Origin: a virus
Taxonomy: Duplodnaviria; Caudoviricetes
Length of the DNA: 30,453 nt
Direction: 5' to 3' (one strand)
Virus record (IMG/VR): IMGVR_UViG_3300033076_000395
Coordinates: 1 to 30,453 of that record
Shown here: positions 27,319 to 30,453 of the stretch, one piece after another
Layout: each line of letters starts with the position of its first letter
Position numbering within the stretch: position 1 is the first letter of the stretch
Program-made: the position numbers and the translations under genes
Notes under the pieces: model-generated
What the model was told of the DNA's origin: nothing
Seen by the model: only the letters and a program-made list of their open reading frames with translations
Databases searched by the model: none

Positions 27319-28811
27319 TAACCCACCTTAGTTAGCTTAGAAGCATAACGATAATCAAATAGGGATTTTCCAGGACCAAATGGTTTCTTAACATGAATTG
27401 CATTTGCTTCTGTAAGCCAACGGTTCTCAAGGTTTAGCAATTCTTTATCTGCTTTTTCTTTATAAACCTTTGCTTGATTTAAATTATTATGCTTTAAGAA
27501 TACTTCTTCACATGTTCTATATACAAGATATTTATGACCAGAGGTTGGTACGTCAGGACAATCCTGATCATCTACCAATCTTTGTGGACGATAAAGATAA
27601 CGAAGAGTTATGACATAATCAGTATCTTGTCTTGGATAAAGACGAATGCGTTGATAAACACCACCATGCTCTGGAAGTGGTTTTCCATTTGTAAGCATTT
27701 CTTTGTAAAGATAAGTTGTTCTGCTTGTTACTGAAGATCCAAATGGAACTTCTTCAGTTGAATAAAAGCGATCAGAGTTTGGAACGCGAACATAATATCT
27801 CTTAAGTAATCCATCATAGACATCAGATGTTTGCATACCTGTTATGCTAATTCCATCAAGAGCTGTAACATTTGGAACTACTTCATCTGAGATTGGAGAT
27901 GGTCCACTTTCCCATTCAACAAGAGTTCCCTGATCTCCAGATCCACCACCCTGTAAATAATTCTGAGCTTGTACGAAGGTATAGCATACTTGATATTTTC
28001 CAGCAAAAGGTGCTCTCAAGCCATCAAAAACTGGACCAGCATTTACTGCTGCTGATGGCTCAATAAGAGGAGGTTTAACATAATAATCTCCTTCAGGAAT
28101 ATAATCAGTTGGTCTTCCTCTTTCATCCATATTTACAGCCCATTGTTCATCAATGTATTTAGACATTGGATCAAATGGCCTTAAATCTGCTTGAGCATTT
28201 GTACCCACAGTTTCCCTCAAGCCAAGACCAAGAATGGCTACGCAGTCCTGTGGAAGCGTTATATAGCGATGCTTAAAGGTGCATACGATATCAGGATTAG
28301 AGTTTCCAATTCGTGGTGTACGCTCATAGATTGAAGCTAATCTTTGCTGATCTTTATCCATTCTCTGGAAGTAAACACGAGACTTTGAATTATTAGATCC
28401 AGTTGTAATATTAGTTACCCAATAATCTGCAGGAATATTCTGAAGAGGTTGATTAGTGATAATATCTGTACCAGAAGTAATAGATATGATACATCCAGCA
28501 GCTAACCAAAAAGGAACATCTGCAGCTGGACATTCTATATAAGCATAGTATCCACCAGTACCAGTTCCTATTGGTCCATTATAATCATTGTAGAGTTGTA
28601 CCTGAGAACCTACTAGATCATCTACAGGAAGAGCTACGTCAGTATGAGCATGAAGCTTTATCTCTTTCTGTGCCCACTTCCACTTACGATCAGAGAATAG
28701 GCTTAAGTAAATATCGTTTAGAATAGAACGAATTTGCTGACGATATTCTGGAACCTCTGGATTGTAATCGAGGATATTGCCAACCTCGTCAATTAGTTTT
28801 CCTAAATTCAT
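27318..28811 (-). CDS. Head-tail adaptor (P22 gp4 / T7 gp11-like) with insertions
   Basis: N-terminal helices ending in WKWA, then ITLPQDC, RIRLYPRQD and a C-terminal PDVP...HKYLVY helix pair. Confidence 0.65.
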   Translation of the reverse strand: MNLGKLIDEVGNILDYNPEVPEYRQQIRSILNDIYLSLFSDRKWKWAQKEIKLHAHTDVALPVDDLVGSQVQLYNDYNGPIGTGTGGYYAYIECPAADVPFWLAAGCIISITSGTDIITNQPLQNIPADYWVTNITTGSNNSKSRVYFQRMDKDQQRLASIYERTPRIGNSNPDIVCTFKHRYITLPQDCVAILGLGLRETVGTNAQADLRPFDPMSKYIDEQWAVNMDERGRPTDYIPEGDYYVKPPLIEPSAAVNAGPVFDGLRAPFAGKYQVCYTFVQAQNYLQGGGSGDQGTLVEWESGPSPISDEVVPNVTALDGISITGMQTSDVYDGLLKRYYVRVPNSDRFYSTEEVPFGSSVTSRTTYLYKEMLTNGKPLPEHGGVYQRIRLYPRQDTDYVITLRYLYRPQRLVDDQDCPDVPTSGHKYLVYRTCEEVFLKHNNLNQAKVYKEKADKELLNLENRWLTEANAIHVKKPFGPGKSLFDYRYASKLTKVG

Positions 28812-28851
28812 GCTTATAGTTTCCTCTATAGATAGTCGTTTATTTTTTTTT

Positions 28852-29010
28852 AATTATTTTTGGACGAATTGGACAAAATAGATTTCTCATGTATATTATA
28901 CCTGCAGAGCAGGGGTTGAGGGCATCGCCCTCCACGGAGCGTAGCTCCCAAGGTTCCTCTCTAGTTTAAGTTAAGGTAAGTTAAAGTAAAGTTAAAGATT
29001 TCCATCAAGA
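28852..29010 (+). promoter_or_regulatory. Hairpin-array element B (inverted relative of element A)
   Basis: Boxes at 28852-28861, 28868-28877, 28886-28902 and 29001-29010. Perfect hairpins at 28901-28913, 28918-28932 and 28936-28948. Confidence 0.7.
28965..28997 (+). repeat. Degenerate tandem repeat (T)TAA(A)G x6
   Basis: TTTAAG TTAAG GTAAG TTAAAG TAAAG TTAAAG. Confidence 0.6.
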
Positions 29011-29096
29011 AGTCCCGACAGACAGTCTACAGTTAAAGATAAGATGCCGACAAAAAGTAAAGAGTATGATTGCTTGTCGGGACTTACTTGACGGAA
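29000..29096. repeat. 21/22-bp imperfect inverted repeat with a 54-nt spacer
   Basis: TTCCATCAAG-AAGTCCCGACA versus the reverse complement of 29075-29096, TTCCGTCAAGTAAGTCCCGACA. Confidence 0.8.
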
Positions 29097-29118
29097 TATA
29101 TAATAGTAGGAGAACAAA

Positions 29119-29475
29119 ATGTTTAAGACGATACCAAATTATCCAGACTATATGATCAATGAACTTGGAGATGTTTATTCTTTAAAATTTAATAAGATAA
29201 AAAAGCTAAAGCCAACTTACACAACATGCTCTACAATAAAATATAATAGCGTTCAGCTAGCTAACGATGATGGAAAAAAGACTTTTAAAATTCACTGGCT
29301 TGTCTGGGAAACTTTCGTAGGACAAAGACCAAAGAAAGGATCTGGACTTGTTATTGATCACATAGATCGTAATGGAATGAATAATGAACTTTCTAATCTT
29401 CGTGTTATTACACATTCAGAAAATCAAATAAATTCAGCTAGATGTGACAGAGCAAAAGAGGTCAGAGGTTCTTGA
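29119..29475 (+). CDS. NUMOD4-HNH free-standing homing endonuclease
   Basis: NUMOD4 KTIPNYPDYMINELGDVYS; IHWLVWETF; HNH motif VIDHIDRNGMNNELSNLRVITHSEN. AGGAG RBS. Confidence 0.9.
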   Translation: MFKTIPNYPDYMINELGDVYSLKFNKIKKLKPTYTTCSTIKYNSVQLANDDGKKTFKIHWLVWETFVGQRPKKGSGLVIDHIDRNGMNNELSNLRVITHSENQINSARCDRAKEVRGS

Positions 29476-29801
29476 TGGAAAATATGATTAAGACTACAGC
29501 CGAGATTGAGAAGGAACTTCAAATCAAAATGGTTCCACCATTTTCTCTTGGTGATAATGTAACAATTGTAGTTAGAAGAACTTGGGGTGACCCTGATTTT
29601 TGTCAGTATAAACTCCTAGCACCAGTTAAAAATGGTGTCTGGTTAGCATATACAGATGAAGATTGTGTTCCAGAAGATAATAAGATTTTAGAAATAGAAG
29701 AATGTGATATAATAGATTTTACAGAAGAGATGCAATATAAACAATCAGCACCAGAGACTGGTGTACCCATTAGTAAGTTTGATTTTTCTGAATGGGATTA
29801 A
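29475..29801 (+). CDS. Acidic hypothetical protein
   Basis: Likely start is the ATG at 29475 (TGATG overlap with the HNH stop). Ends at the terminator. Confidence 0.6.
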   Translation: MENMIKTTAEIEKELQIKMVPPFSLGDNVTIVVRRTWGDPDFCQYKLLAPVKNGVWLAYTDEDCVPEDNKILEIEECDIIDFTEEMQYKQSAPETGVPISKFDFSEWD

Positions 29802-29806
29802 ATAAG

Positions 29807-29842
29807 AAAAGCCCCTCAACCATTTCTGGAAGAGGGGCTTTT
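29807..29842. terminator. Bidirectional intrinsic terminator
   Basis: AAAA-GCCCCTC...GAGGGGC-TTTT between convergent genes. Confidence 0.8.
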
Positions 29843-29853
29843 AGTTTTCTAGA

Positions 29854-30312
29854 TTAGAATTTCTTGAAAACCCATACTGGAGCAACACCAGCAGCAGAAG
29901 CTGCGAGTGATACGCCAACTGGTGGTGCAATGTTTGCAGCGACGTTTGCCTCAGCAGATGGAGCAGAAGCTACAACGCAGAGTGGAACACCAGCTCCAGC
30001 AACGCCAGCAACAACCTTAGCTGTGCCAACATAACCAGAAACTACAACCTTAACTTTTCCACCAGTTGAAGCTGCTTCGGTAGCAACGCCAACTACAAGT
30101 GAACTGCCAAGTGGAACGTTTACTGATGGTATAACTGTAACAACTTTTGTTGCGCCAGTTTTGCTTGTATCGAAAGTAACCCAGTCACCTATGGCAACTG
30201 CGGAACCTGCGATAAAAGTCTCTACCTGTGAGCGATTTGATGGGCTTGCACCAACTGCTCCACCAGCACTGTCAACTACATCGAGTGACTGAATAAGTGT
30301 AGAAGTAGCCAT
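29854..30312 (-). CDS. Capsid decoration/cement protein
   Basis: 152 aa, A/V/G-rich, with AIGDWV and VVGVATEAA...VKVVVSG motifs. Lies directly after the capsid stop codon. Confidence 0.7.
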   Translation of the reverse strand: MATSTLIQSLDVVDSAGGAVGASPSNRSQVETFIAGSAVAIGDWVTFDTSKTGATKVVTVIPSVNVPLGSSLVVGVATEAASTGGKVKVVVSGYVGTAKVVAGVAGAGVPLCVVASAPSAEANVAANIAPPVGVSLAASAAGVAPVWVFKKF

Positions 30313-30453
30313 GTTATTATGCCTCCCCGTTTACGATAATACCCTGACAAGCAAGATGGTCAACAACAAGCTGTGTTCTGGTCATGATCTGAGCAGAACG
30401 TGAAGCGTAACCACTTACATGTTCGAAGTCTGAAAGTTCAAAGTTTGCATCCT
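30302..30453. repeat. Direct repeat copy 2 (circularising overlap)
   Basis: Matches 215-366 with 6 mismatches; the last 77 bp are exact. Confidence 0.95.
30317..30453 (-). CDS. Major capsid protein 3' end, second allele (partial)
   Basis: Encodes ...MTRTQLVVDHLACQGIIVNGEA versus ...MTRAQLVVDHLACQGLLVNGEA in copy 1. Confidence 0.85.
   Translation of the reverse strand, partial: DANFELSDFEHVSGYASRSAQIMTRTQLVVDHLACQGIIVNGEA

Noticed and set aside
640-28066. Antisense and alternate-frame ORFs from the track (e.g. 711-995, 2319-2891, 9416-9673, 10735-11025, 22149-22706, 25922-26149)
   Set aside because: They lie within or mostly overlap well-supported genes, lack clear RBSs, and have shadow-frame composition.
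7846-28902. Invertible 21-kb segment bounded by the 17-bp inverted repeat
   Set aside because: No recombinase is recognisable. Conserved boxes with unconserved spacers fit protein-binding or promoter sites better than crossover sites.

Overview
This window is an apparently complete, AT-rich podovirus-like tailed phage genome. The last 77 bp (30377-30453) are identical to 290-366, which closes a circle of 30,087 bp. Bases 1-289 look like a second, divergent allele of the capsid 3' end plus decoration gene. Almost all genes are on the minus strand and make up a full virion and lysis set: terminase small and large subunits, portal, zinc-ribbon protein, scaffold, major capsid, decoration protein, adaptor, nozzle, three paralogous tail appendage proteins, three ejection proteins, two fibre-like proteins, holin-like genes and an amidase. 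The only non-structural genes are an ECF-like sigma factor, a sigma region-4-like HTH protein, a PD-(D/E)XK-like nuclease, a NUMOD4-HNH endonuclease and a few small unknown ORFs. I could not recognise any polymerase, primase, helicase, Rep initiator, SSB, integrase or repressor. Two related ~160-180 bp non-coding elements sit in opposite orientations at ~7.8 kb and ~28.9 kb. Each has fixed-spacing promoter-like boxes, an array of GC-rich mini-hairpins including GC-GNA-GC, and a shared 10-mer; they are candidate paired strand-specific origins or regulatory elements. All product calls come from motif recognition and gene order by eye; no database search was run.
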